Source: Nitrosopumilus sp. (lineage in GTDB: Archaea; Thermoproteota; Nitrososphaeria; Nitrososphaerales; Nitrosopumilaceae). From it: 64,000 bases of DNA. This document shows positions 52,359-62,342 of the stretch, piece by piece. Position numbers and translations under genes: made by a program. How positions within the stretch are numbered: position 1 is the first letter of the stretch; the number at the start of each line of letters is the position of its first letter. The stretch lies in NCBI GenBank assembly GCA_965203315.1, contig OZ241857.1:1440001-1504000 (forward strand). The letters are read 5' to 3'. The notes below the pieces were generated by a model that had not been told where the DNA came from, did no database searches, and was given only the letters and a program-made list of their open reading frames with translations.

Positions 52359-52687
52359 GACAAATACTCTATCGTACAAATAGTACACATAGTACACAAA
52401 TGTACAATATCTATACCGCTTCAATCACATCTAGCTAGTGATCAGTTACTGTCGCCGATTAAGATGAATCAACTATACCACACACAACTATACACACTAT
52501 ACACACTATAGAAATCATATATCTGATACAAGAATATGCTGTGCGTTATGGGCTAGTAATTAGTGATAGTTGCTTGTCTAGATATCTAGAATCGTGACGT
52601 GATGGAATCTGTTAAAGACAAGACTCCTTTCTAGAACAGTCGACCAAAATATTGTATTCTAAATATGGCAAAATCTAGTTCTCTTGT

Positions 52688-53647
52688 ATGTTGCCCAAGT
52701 TTGCCAGTCGCGCATTTCTTGCCCCGATGGCAGGAGTAAGCGATCCCGCATTAAGACTGCAATGTAAGATGATGGGTGCCGGCCTAGTTGTAACAGAACT
52801 TACTAGTATACACAGTATAGTTGCACGATATCAGAGGTTGGAATCAGATCAGAATATCTCTAACTTTATCGAGTTTGATCCTAAAGAACGTCCACTGTCA
52901 ATTCAGCTCTTTGGCTCTGATCTAGAGGCATTATCACAAGCAGCCAAGATAGTTGAACCGTTCTTTGATATCATTGACTATAATATGGGATGTCCGGCGC
53001 CCCACATAACACAACAGATGGCAGGAGCTGCACTCCTTCAAGAGGCCGATCTAACTCGGCAGATCTTTGAGACCTTGGTTGATGCTGTGCGACTACCCAT
53101 AACACTCAAGATTCGTGCTGGTATTACAGACGATACTAGACATCTCTTTCGCGACATATCAAAGATAGCAGAGGATCAAGGAGTCGAGATGATCACACTG
53201 CATCCTAGAACAGTTTATCAGGGATACTCTGGTAGGGCTGATTGGAATCTTATTCGTGAACTCAAAAGTATAACCGACATACCAATAGTTGGTAATGGAG
53301 ATATCACTACACCAGAGGATGCAGCTAGAATGATAAATCATACAAGATGTGATTATGTGATGATAGGGCGTGCTGCCATGGGAAATCCATTTCTGTTTGA
53401 GCAGATAAACGACTATCTCAATACGGGCACTTATAAAAAATATGCCAATACAGATCGACTAGATGCATTCTTTGATTATCTAGATATATCTCGTAGATAT
53501 CGTATTAAATTTTCAAATATTAAAGGACAGGCAATACGATTCACCAAAGGATTACAACACGGATCAAAGATACGTTCTCTAATAACACATACTACAAGTA
53601 TTGACGAGTTACAAGACGTAATGCGTACAGCACTCTCTCTGATATGA
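52688..53647 (+). CDS. tRNA-dihydrouridine synthase (Dus/NifR3 family)
   Basis: LAPMAGVSD, QLFG, NMGCP, LHPRT, NGDI, MIGR. Confidence 0.93.
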   Translation: MLPKFASRAFLAPMAGVSDPALRLQCKMMGAGLVVTELTSIHSIVARYQRLESDQNISNFIEFDPKERPLSIQLFGSDLEALSQAAKIVEPFFDIIDYNMGCPAPHITQQMAGAALLQEADLTRQIFETLVDAVRLPITLKIRAGITDDTRHLFRDISKIAEDQGVEMITLHPRTVYQGYSGRADWNLIRELKSITDIPIVGNGDITTPEDAARMINHTRCDYVMIGRAAMGNPFLFEQINDYLNTGTYKKYANTDRLDAFFDYLDISRRYRIKFSNIKGQAIRFTKGLQHGSKIRSLITHTTSIDELQDVMRTALSLI

Positions 53648-53897
53648 TTACTATCTTTTATTATACATTCAAGTCACTCGATACTCACAATGATCTCTAT
53701 AACTAGACATAAAACTGAATTTTGATCAGTTTTTTAATTTAGCAGTTTTGGACAAAATTCTCAATTTTACAAAATATGAAAATTGTCGTGTATTGTTTAT
53801 TGTAAATTACTATACGTTACAGAATGTGTATTGTTTGAGATGGTGTCATCTAGATCTCAACTATCCCTAGAACCGCGAACTTATTTATGTCCTAGAT

Positions 53898-53916
53898 TAG
53901 ACTGTATGCGTATTTC
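53898..53916. repeat. Solo copy of the MITE left end
   Basis: TAGACTGTATGCGTATTTC is identical to 44743-44761. Confidence 0.7.
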
Positions 53917-54117
53917 ATATCAACATGTCTAAACATGATGAGACTTTGGCAGAGATTCAAGATCTTTTCGATTTATGTAGGATGACATTTCGTAAGATTT
54001 TTCCATAATTTTCATCTATGGGCTCTCGCAGTGCTTTTTCTGTAACCGTTCTATCCCACGTAAACCGAAAAGATCCCACTACACAATATATATAAGCACA
54101 CTACCTGTAATAGTGTT

Positions 54118-54462
54118 ATGTCTACTATGACGATGAGCCAAAGTAATTACTCAAAGTTTTCGCCGTCGTACAAGCAATCTGCTTCATCGTACACCACAAT
54201 CAATTATGTTGAGCATAAAGAGATCGTATCAGACCCAATCATTGTGTCATCACTATCAATTACAGACAAACTCGATATCGATCATTTTGCATTAATGCCT
54301 GTATATGTAACTCAAGATAGTGACGGTGAGTGTCTAGTATACAAGTCATCCGCAATGGAACTAAACAAACCATATTTTGTAGTTTGGAATGGAGAACATT
54401 TTTGTCTAGTAAAAACAGACTCAGATATAGCAGTATACAGACACGAGCCAGATGAGAAATGA
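54118..54462 (+). CDS. Hypothetical protein
   Basis: TATATAAG box about 25 bp upstream; overlaps the next ORF. Confidence 0.6.
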   Translation: MSTMTMSQSNYSKFSPSYKQSASSYTTINYVEHKEIVSDPIIVSSLSITDKLDIDHFALMPVYVTQDSDGECLVYKSSAMELNKPYFVVWNGEHFCLVKTDSDIAVYRHEPDEK

Positions 54463-54668
54463 GTAAAGAATTCGAAATCTCAGCATCACTTTCGTCAGAA
54501 TTGGGTTTAAGTGGAAAATTCAAACGCGTTGATAGCTTTCCTTATATACTTACTCCGTGTCAACATTTGATAAATGAGAAAAAAAGATTATTTAGACATT
54601 CTACAATAATCACCATTCATGGAAAAGATGATGGGAGTACAAAAATTAATCAAACTCGGGTGGATTAA
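54459..54668 (+). CDS. Small hypothetical protein
   Basis: Start overlaps the upstream stop; 2 bp gap to the next ORF. Confidence 0.45.
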   Translation: MSKEFEISASLSSELGLSGKFKRVDSFPYILTPCQHLINEKKRLFRHSTIITIHGKDDGSTKINQTRVD

Positions 54669-54670
54669 CA

Positions 54671-55129
54671 GTGTCAGAGTCTATAGAAAAAATTAATCAA
54701 GATATAGCGAATATGGGTTATGTGGTGGTCACACCTATAAAACCAATAGTGCCTAGTTTTTACAAACTTGAAGATGGTACGATTTTAAGTGCGTTGATTA
54801 AAGTTGATCATTTATTACAAAATGATCGTAAATCAGATATTCTGAGTGTACATACGACTACAGAAATTTATGTATTTGTGCCTCCAGAGAAACGAGATAC
54901 CCCAAATGAACAAAGAAAGCCAACACAAAACGTCAACATAATTAATAATGATGTCACATGCACACCTCTGAGAGAAGAATATAATGTATATGAGTTAAAC
55001 AAAAATTTGGTATTGAGCATAAAGACAATAGTTGGTCAAGTAGTCAAAACAGATCAGGTTAGTCAACAGGGTGAACCAATTTATAATGTACAAGTACAAC
55101 ATGTATCTAAAATCAATCCACATAACTAG
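54671..55129 (+). CDS. Hypothetical protein with an internally duplicated beta-rich module
   Basis: PSFYKLEDGTILSALIKV versus EEYNVYELNKNLVLSIKTIV...GEPIY. Confidence 0.7.
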   Translation: MSESIEKINQDIANMGYVVVTPIKPIVPSFYKLEDGTILSALIKVDHLLQNDRKSDILSVHTTTEIYVFVPPEKRDTPNEQRKPTQNVNIINNDVTCTPLREEYNVYELNKNLVLSIKTIVGQVVKTDQVSQQGEPIYNVQVQHVSKINPHN

Positions 55130-55592
55130 ATCACTTCATCCATTGTGCATCCATAAATGACTTGACTATTGTTTTTGTTAGGAAAACATACTAAGCATAA
55201 ATTATACCAATACGCAAAAGCATTTCCCAAGTAGATCGTAGAATGACATGTTTGTAGTTATGAATACGTCTTTACGGAAATCAAAAGGACATCATTTGAA
55301 CGATTTTGCTTATAGAAATAACATATACGTTGTCGTCATTACAAGATGAGTACGTCCATAAAAAGTACATATACGTTCTTTTGTTGTTGTCTTGGAAAAT
55401 ACTTTTGCGCATTGCTATATTATGAGACATTTGAAGATATGGACGCCGCAGTTTTGGATTATCCAGCAAATACACCGCACAATCTGGACATTTTAAAGTA
55501 TTTCCACAGAGATAATAACCTAAAATTACTTATTCCGAGCACTATATGTATGTTTAAATAACATGACTAAAACAGAATAGAGTGGATGCCTT

Positions 55593-56915
55593 ATGCTCAG
55601 TCGATATTTAAAAGAAAAAATTACTGAAGAGCTATTATTGGATGACGAGCCAAAAGAGGGTAACTTGGACTTCAATTTTGACAAATATGCAGAGCAGATA
55701 TTTGATATTCTAAAAAGTGAAGACATGATTAAACCACTTACTATTGGTATTCATGGTGAGTGGGGAAGCGGAAAGACTAGCTTAATGAAGCGAGTGTGCG
55801 AAAAACTAAAAGAACAAACTAATTATAAAAGTATATGGTTTAATGCGTGGAAGTATGAAAAAATTGGTATCACCTCATCTCTTCTACAAAAGATTACAAA
55901 AGAGATCAAAGGTAATGAGTATTTTAAAAAAAATATCGAGTTTTTTGGATCAATTGCTTTTGACATAACATTTCAAAAGCTTACTGCGGTAAACTTCACG
56001 GATTTACAAAAGCGACACAAAGAAATATTTAATAACGTAGATGAACAATTTCATGAAAACATAAAAAAAATTATCGGAAAAGAAAGAGTTGTTATTTTTG
56101 TAGATGAATTAGATCGATGTAGAACAGATAATATACTTACTATATTAGAGTCTATAAAACTATTCATGTTGGTGGATAATATAACATTCGTAATAGCAGC
56201 TGATATGTCTAAAATAGAACGAGCGTGGACATTAAAGTACAATTCCAAAGAAGGTCACGCCGAGGGCATTGAGTATGTGGAAAAGTTTTTCCAATTAAAA
56301 TTAAACATACCGCCAAAATCATCCGAAGAACTAAGGTCATATATTAAAAAGCTTGTAAAAATACTTGATGAAGAAAACATTGAATGGTTAATTAAAAACT
56401 CACCACCAAACCCCAGAAAAATAAAAAGAATGTTAAATCTCTTGTATTTTGCGCTAAAAAATTTTGATGGCGAAGATATGTATGAGAATAACATAGCATG
56501 TGATTTTGATGAATATTTCAAAATATTAACAATATGGATTGCTATATCTCTTCATCATCCAACCATCATAAAGAATATTAAGTCATCAGTTTCATTATTT
56601 AATGTTGCTCAAAGTTGTTTTTTAACTCAATCGTTGTCAGTACTAAAAGATGAATTTGAACGAAACGAGAATTCCAAAAAGAATAAGACAAAAGAAAATC
56701 AGACTATTATAGATCAGCCGACATCAAACCTCACAAGCGGATTTGATCCTATGGAATATGAAATTATAAAATATGTTGTTAATGATGACAACAATGCATA
56801 TGAAATATTAAAACATCTCGGTGACACGTTGATCAATTCTGACAATCAAAATAAAATACAACGTAATTGTGATTTATTAGAATACATAATTACCAACACA
56901 AAGATGATTAGTTAG
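55593..56915 (+). CDS. KAP-family P-loop NTPase
   Basis: TIGIHGEWGSGKTS, WFNAWKY, VIFVDELDRC, EYVEKFFQ, NPRKIKR. Confidence 0.93.
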   Translation: MLSRYLKEKITEELLLDDEPKEGNLDFNFDKYAEQIFDILKSEDMIKPLTIGIHGEWGSGKTSLMKRVCEKLKEQTNYKSIWFNAWKYEKIGITSSLLQKITKEIKGNEYFKKNIEFFGSIAFDITFQKLTAVNFTDLQKRHKEIFNNVDEQFHENIKKIIGKERVVIFVDELDRCRTDNILTILESIKLFMLVDNITFVIAADMSKIERAWTLKYNSKEGHAEGIEYVEKFFQLKLNIPPKSSEELRSYIKKLVKILDEENIEWLIKNSPPNPRKIKRMLNLLYFALKNFDGEDMYENNIACDFDEYFKILTIWIAISLHHPTIIKNIKSSVSLFNVAQSCFLTQSLSVLKDEFERNENSKKNKTKENQTIIDQPTSNLTSGFDPMEYEIIKYVVNDDNNAYEILKHLGDTLINSDNQNKIQRNCDLLEYIITNTKMIS

Positions 56916-56963
56916 ATTTTAGAATCTCTCAATGCTCGTAAAAAATAACTTTATTTAAAATCA

Positions 56964-57030
56964 GAGAATTTAGTCAGATTTGACCCATCACGCATCATAT
57001 GTGTCTGAAAATGACTTTCGCACGAACTCC
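56964..57030 (-). repeat. Inverted solo copy of the left end of the adjacent IS
   Basis: Reverse complement of 57129-57195 with 2 mismatches in 67 bp. Confidence 0.85.
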
Positions 57031-57128
57031 AAAGTATAAAAACATACATACTATTTTACTCCAATCTGACTTTTTAAAATTATGTTAAATGAAAAACTGA
57101 ACAATTATTGAGAGACTCGACATGCTAG

Positions 57129-58669
57129 GGAGTTCATGCGAAAGTCATTTTCAGGCACATATGATGCGTGATGGGTCAAATCTGACTAAATTCTCCGAGT
57201 TATTGCGGGTTTCGTGTATGTGAGGAGGAGTAAAAAATTAACCAAAAATAGAATACGCAACAAGACAATTTTTTAAGACACTCTATGGTAAATACCAATT
57301 TGAATAAACAAGAGTATGGCTAACTCGAACAAGGAACTAGTGCTTGAACAACGACTCAAAGCAGCCGAAGAACGTGCAGATATAGCAGAAGAACAGCTCA
57401 AAGCAGCAAAAAAAGAACTCGAGCTCCCTCCATGTAAGAATATCCTTAGCAATGAAAAGACTCTATGGGAGCATACAAAGCTGGATTTTGACATGTTTAA
57501 CTTTTTGCTCGGCCTGTTTATAGAATGGATACCGGCAGCAGATGTTCACAGACAGTTTCGTAATGTTCTCATAGTACGTGGAAGAATATCCAAACTAACT
57601 CCCGAGTATGCCATGCTCTTGGCAATTCTGAGGCTGGTAAGTGGTCACAGTCAGTGCCATCTTGCCAGTAGATTTGGCATAGATCAGAGTAATGTGTCCC
57701 GGTACTGTACATACATGAATCAGTTTTTTCAAAGTTTGGGTTTTTCGCCAGACGAGTTGGCAAATGCGATAAGTAAATGCAAGACAAAGAAAGAGCTTGC
57801 AAAATGGGTAAAGGATCACACATTCTTGTTCGATGGATCACACACTCGTGTTCCAACACCCGTAGATAGAGAGATACGCAATGACTACAAATCAGGCAAA
57901 AAAAAGATGCATACGATAAATACGCTATTGATGTGTACAAAAGAGAGACTGATAGTACATGTGTCTCCTACGTTTCCTGGTAAGACACACGATTTCAGCA
58001 TATTCAAAGAGCTCAAACTGAATCTTGGCAAGTGGTCCATGTCATTAACAGATCCAAATACTCCACTTCGCCAAAGACTGTACATTCTAGTAGATCTGGG
58101 ATTCCTAGGGATTCGAGATATCTTTGTAGGTGCAAAGATAGGCATAAAATACAAGAAACCCAAAGGTGGGCAACTCACAAAAGAACAAGAGATATACAAC
58201 AAAAAGATAGACAGTGAACGCGCCACAGTAGAACACGTAGTTGGATGTGTAAAGCAGTTTAAACTCTTGTTCAACATGTTCCGAGGAGATGACGACCAAT
58301 ACAACGATGCCTTCAAGATGGCATCTACACTGGTCAACTATCACGTTCTTTGGGATCATGAACACGGCAGACCTAGTCCTAGATTAGAAGAGCTTGTTGC
58401 AGCATGGAGAGTAAAGATAAACCGTAAAAAACAGGCTAAACTAAAAAAGATGAAATTATCTCACCGCATAGTTGCGTAAATAATACGCACCAACATTGTG
58501 ATTTATAGAATGATATTGTAAGATATCAAGGTATAATTCACTGTTTTGACTCTGCGTACATGCATAATCGTACAATTCCACAGATCACAAACCTGAGATC
58601 ACTTTATAATTTGGAATGTCTTTGTTGCTAGGTGTCCAGAGTCTTCAAAACGACTTTCGCATGAACTCC
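57129..58669 (+). mobile_element. IS5-family ISL2/PIF-Harbinger-like element (1541 bp)
   Basis: TIR GGAGTTCATGCGAAAGTC(A/G)TTTT at both ends; 3-bp TAG duplication at 57126-57128 and 58670-58672. Confidence 0.88.
57316..58479 (+). CDS. DDE_Tnp_4-type transposase
   Basis: HTH LASRFGIDQSNVSR; FDGSH, SGKKKMHT, GKTHDF, VDLGF.G, RATVEHVVG.VK. Confidence 0.9.
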   Translation: MANSNKELVLEQRLKAAEERADIAEEQLKAAKKELELPPCKNILSNEKTLWEHTKLDFDMFNFLLGLFIEWIPAADVHRQFRNVLIVRGRISKLTPEYAMLLAILRLVSGHSQCHLASRFGIDQSNVSRYCTYMNQFFQSLGFSPDELANAISKCKTKKELAKWVKDHTFLFDGSHTRVPTPVDREIRNDYKSGKKKMHTINTLLMCTKERLIVHVSPTFPGKTHDFSIFKELKLNLGKWSMSLTDPNTPLRQRLYILVDLGFLGIRDIFVGAKIGIKYKKPKGGQLTKEQEIYNKKIDSERATVEHVVGCVKQFKLLFNMFRGDDDQYNDAFKMASTLVNYHVLWDHEHGRPSPRLEELVAAWRVKINRKKQAKLKKMKLSHRIVA

Positions 58670-58808
58670 TAGGTATAAAACACCACATTCTACATTTGAG
58701 AATCTTTACTCATCAAAATCCACACCATCTCGTATAGACAAATACATCGTATCAAATAGTTCATATTGCCTAGTTACTTTTTTAACCTAGACTAGTGTAT
58801 AGTCTAAT

Positions 58809-59276
58809 ATGCTAACTAAGAGAACCATCATTGGTCTTATAGTGGGATCGATCATAATAGGCATAGGTATAGCCGCATTTGTACAACATTTGGGAATAAT
58901 CACGATCAACGAGTCTCACTTTGTTAGCCCTGGCGATTCTACCTTTTACACAATTCCAGCTCCTGCTGGCTTGAATCAGATGATGAATCTAACAGGCGAT
59001 ACCTTCAACATCACACTGTCTAGCCCTGGCGACGGTCTACAGATATCAGATACCAGCTATAAAGACTCTCACATTCTAGAATGGACTCATGTAGAAGAGG
59101 GCCAAACCAACATCAAAGTTACCAATACAGGCAGCACAGATCTAGAGATTACGGGTGTTATTCAACGTAGCTCTGATCCAATATGGTTCACATATGATCT
59201 TATGGTTATAATATCTGGAATTGTCATAATTGGGTTTAGTATGGGCTTTACACTTCGTAAACCAAAAGGATTCTAA
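58809..59276 (+). CDS. Hypothetical membrane protein (N- and C-terminal TM helices)
   Basis: Two hydrophobic segments flanking a beta-rich domain. Confidence 0.75.
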   Translation: MLTKRTIIGLIVGSIIIGIGIAAFVQHLGIITINESHFVSPGDSTFYTIPAPAGLNQMMNLTGDTFNITLSSPGDGLQISDTSYKDSHILEWTHVEEGQTNIKVTNTGSTDLEITGVIQRSSDPIWFTYDLMVIISGIVIIGFSMGFTLRKPKGF

Positions 59277-60085
59277 ACTTTTGCTGCTTTATACGAGCCT
59301 AAAACTTTGATAAATATTGCATCCTTTTGTATATTGGATAGCATTGCAGCTATCTTGGGATCGGATTCATGCCCTTCAAAGTCTACATAAAAATTATACT
59401 CCCACGTATTCTTTTTTGTAGGTCTAGACTCAATCTTTGTCAGGTTTACATTGTTTGCATGAAAGTTGGCAATTATTCTGTATAGAGATCCAGGTTCATG
59501 CTTTATAGAGAATATGATGGATGTCTTGTCATTGTGTGTACTGGATGTTTTATTGTCTGACAAAATCAGAAATCTTGTATAGTTGTTGAGATTGTCTGCA
59601 ATCTCTCTAGCAATTATTGGTATATTGTATATCTTAGCAGCTGTCTCACTTGCAATAGCGGCACATTTAGACGTCTCTAGTTCTTTAATGATCTTTACAC
59701 TGCCAGCTGTGTCATATGCAGGTATGGTCTTGAACTGGTGTTTCTCTATAAATCGTCTACACTGCCCCAATGCTTGTGGATGAGAGTATATTGTATCGAT
59801 ATCTTTTATATCCACTTCTCCAATAAGGCAGTGTTCTATCTTGTGATATATCTCGCCTATTACATGTAGTTCGGTTGTATACAACAGATCATAACTCTCT
59901 CCCACACTCCCTTCAATCGAGTTTTCAACAGGAAGTATTGTATACTGTGTTTTTGTACTAGATGTACTTTGCAAGGCATCGGCAAAAGTTGGATGTGATA
60001 TAGTATCTACATCCTGACCAAAGAACATTCTTGCAGCAGCTTCACTATATGCTCCACGTTCACCCTGAAACGAAACCAGAGTCAT
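59273..60085 (-). CDS. pheA: Prephenate dehydratase
   Basis: FQGERGAYS, PVENSIEG, SHPQALGQC, NYTRF, NLTKIESRP ACT domain. Confidence 0.95.
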   Translation of the reverse strand: MTLVSFQGERGAYSEAAARMFFGQDVDTISHPTFADALQSTSSTKTQYTILPVENSIEGSVGESYDLLYTTELHVIGEIYHKIEHCLIGEVDIKDIDTIYSHPQALGQCRRFIEKHQFKTIPAYDTAGSVKIIKELETSKCAAIASETAAKIYNIPIIAREIADNLNNYTRFLILSDNKTSSTHNDKTSIIFSIKHEPGSLYRIIANFHANNVNLTKIESRPTKKNTWEYNFYVDFEGHESDPKIAAMLSNIQKDAIFIKVLGSYKAAKV

Positions 60086-60093
60086 AGTTATTC

Positions 60094-60639
60094 TCACAAA
60101 TTCATAAAGTCACAACTACCAAAGTTGATTGATAGCTTGCGTTCATCAAACCATGCACATTCGGTACATTTTATACCATCACGAGTCTTTACTACACCTC
60201 CGCCACACTTTCTACACTTTGTGTATAGTACTCCTAGTTCTGGTTCACTGATAGTTGCATGGATCGTTCCATTTAGATGATTTAAAATCTTTAATGTGAC
60301 GATATCATTTACTAGAGCAATATTCTTACGTCGAATATTCTTTGTACTGCATATGCATTCTACCTTTGACTTTGTTGGTATCCCATTGATAAAGTCGATC
60401 GAGACTGCGATCATCGAGGACATCACTGCTGCTACTGTTCCAGTTACAATATCTCCTACTCTTGGAACAGATATTTGCTTTGGATGTACAATACTTGCAA
60501 CTCTGGCGTCTAGATCTATGTGTTTTACACCTACAGCAGATGCTCTCACCATGTTACCGTCATCAAATGTATTGTATCCTGCTTCATACTCTTCGATGGA
60601 TGCTATCTCGTCACCTGGCAACATTATATTATCAGACAT
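60094..60639 (-). CDS. csl4: Exosome RNA-binding protein Csl4
   Basis: LPGDEIASIEEY, S1 domain, ELGV, C-terminal CRKC...CTEC...ERKLS. Confidence 0.9.
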   Translation of the reverse strand: MSDNIMLPGDEIASIEEYEAGYNTFDDGNMVRASAVGVKHIDLDARVASIVHPKQISVPRVGDIVTGTVAAVMSSMIAVSIDFINGIPTKSKVECICSTKNIRRKNIALVNDIVTLKILNHLNGTIHATISEPELGVLYTKCRKCGGGVVKTRDGIKCTECAWFDERKLSINFGSCDFMNL

Positions 60640-60995
60640 AACTTGGCTCTCATCCCTTTGATTATAATTGTTTATGCTCCAGTCTTGCTCTAATGGGGAA
60701 TGTATATTGTTATTGATTCGTTGTGATGAGATATGTGATTGCTATGATGTCTGTTCTTTAAATTTTGCATAACTTGGTATCTAGAAATTTAGACTCAGTG
60801 TAAACGAGTGTTCCGACCTACAACAGATCTCCATAGACTTGTCAAATGGTCCACACTGGATGTACATTTATGTTGCATTTTAGTAATCTCGTGGATTCGC
60901 ACACAGTTATCGATCTTGGCCAACTTAGGAGGAACACAACCACTCTTATTTGTCAAACCACAAGATTCAAATATTATGTTTATTTCACAACATCT

Positions 60996-61268
60996 ATGAA
61001 GATTCTAGTTGATGAGATGTATGATGGTTTAGATGAGAAACTTCGAGAACAGGGACATGATGCATATAGTGTCAAGAAACTGATTGCTAGCGGTGAGAAA
61101 TTACAGACTGACTATTCGGTTCTAAACTATGTAAAAGATAACGACATGATCCTTGTGACACAAGATACAGAGAATGGCAAGGCATGTGCTGAAAACGACA
61201 TGAAATGCATCTTGATTGATAGATACTCTGTACTTGACTTTGTACTCAACCAGCTTGAGAATATTTAA
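60996..61268 (+). CDS. Small Mut7-C/DUF5615-type PIN-like protein
   Basis: MKILVDEM..GL...LR..G.DA, D..VL......ILVTQD. Confidence 0.78.
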   Translation: MKILVDEMYDGLDEKLREQGHDAYSVKKLIASGEKLQTDYSVLNYVKDNDMILVTQDTENGKACAENDMKCILIDRYSVLDFVLNQLENI

Positions 61269-61768
61269 TTGACATGCGTATTACAGTCTGGTCTTGCCCT
61301 CAAGCAATCAAATACACTATCTATAAAGTCTCGTTCTTTCTGTGATGATATAACTTTCATGATCTCGTGCCAACAATCATCTACTCTCCTAATGATCTGT
61401 CCAAACATCTTGTCTCTCTTGAATGTAGGATAAAACGATAACATTCTCATCATTCCATTGATATCTTCGATAGCATAGATCAGATCAACCACATGTCGTA
61501 ATCTATCGTAAAAGGGAATCCGTTCATCAAGACTAAATTCCTGTGTTGTAACAAATACAGTGTCGATATTATAGTAAATCTCTTCAAGTTGCTCACTTGC
61601 TAGTTTATCATAGTTTATGATCTCATACTCGATGTGTGATTTATCGTATACCGTCTTTTCATCTCCTACTTTCTTGATTGCTCTCTTTGCCAGTTCGGTG
61701 CCCCTTGTTCTACCATTCTCATTCAGGATTCTCATAATCTCTGCTCTGATGATATCCGAACCTTTCAT
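61265..61768 (-). CDS. Hypothetical protein with wHTH-like N-terminus
   Basis: IRAEIMRILNENGRTRGTELAKR; ATG at 61768. Confidence 0.65.
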   Translation of the reverse strand: MKGSDIIRAEIMRILNENGRTRGTELAKRAIKKVGDEKTVYDKSHIEYEIINYDKLASEQLEEIYYNIDTVFVTTQEFSLDERIPFYDRLRHVVDLIYAIEDINGMMRMLSFYPTFKRDKMFGQIIRRVDDCWHEIMKVISSQKERDFIDSVFDCLRARPDCNTHVN

Positions 61769-62342
61769 GTACAGTACAGTTGCATATCTATATTTTATAT
61801 AATTTAGGTGCGTGCCACTATCTCGATACACATTCTATAACCTGCCTGAGATTGTTATGTTTGATCATGTATGATAATTGATCTAGATTGCATATGTCGA
61901 TTCTGCCGTATAGATATCCATGGAATATCTATGGAATAGAGCTACATGACACATGCCTTGACGACTCAACTGGCATGTACATCAATGATACAATCGATCT
62001 TGAGTTATGTATGGTCTTACATGTATGGCCTTGGATTTTCCTCTAATATCATCATACACCTCACTCGTATCTTTTATCAATTCGACTCTTTGGATATCTC
62101 ACCGGCGGCTCTACAGGATCGTCTCCAATATCTGCTCTGGGGTCAAAGAAGAGGTTTGTATCAACAGTAAACAGAGCTCGTCTGGCTCTCTCGTTGATTG
62201 GAATATTTGGATAATCATACCGCCGAGCCAAAAATTTTGTCATCATGGGAGTTATCTCAGCCATGTTCCCAGAGGGCAAGATCGTATAATCGATCTCTGT
62301 AGAACGATACTCTAATACTCCGTGTTTAGTTCCCATGCGTGA

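Noticed and set aside
55140-55590. Short ORFs upstream of the KAP NTPase (55281..55475, 55346..55561)
   Set aside because: No recognisable motif; may be gene debris but cannot be supported.
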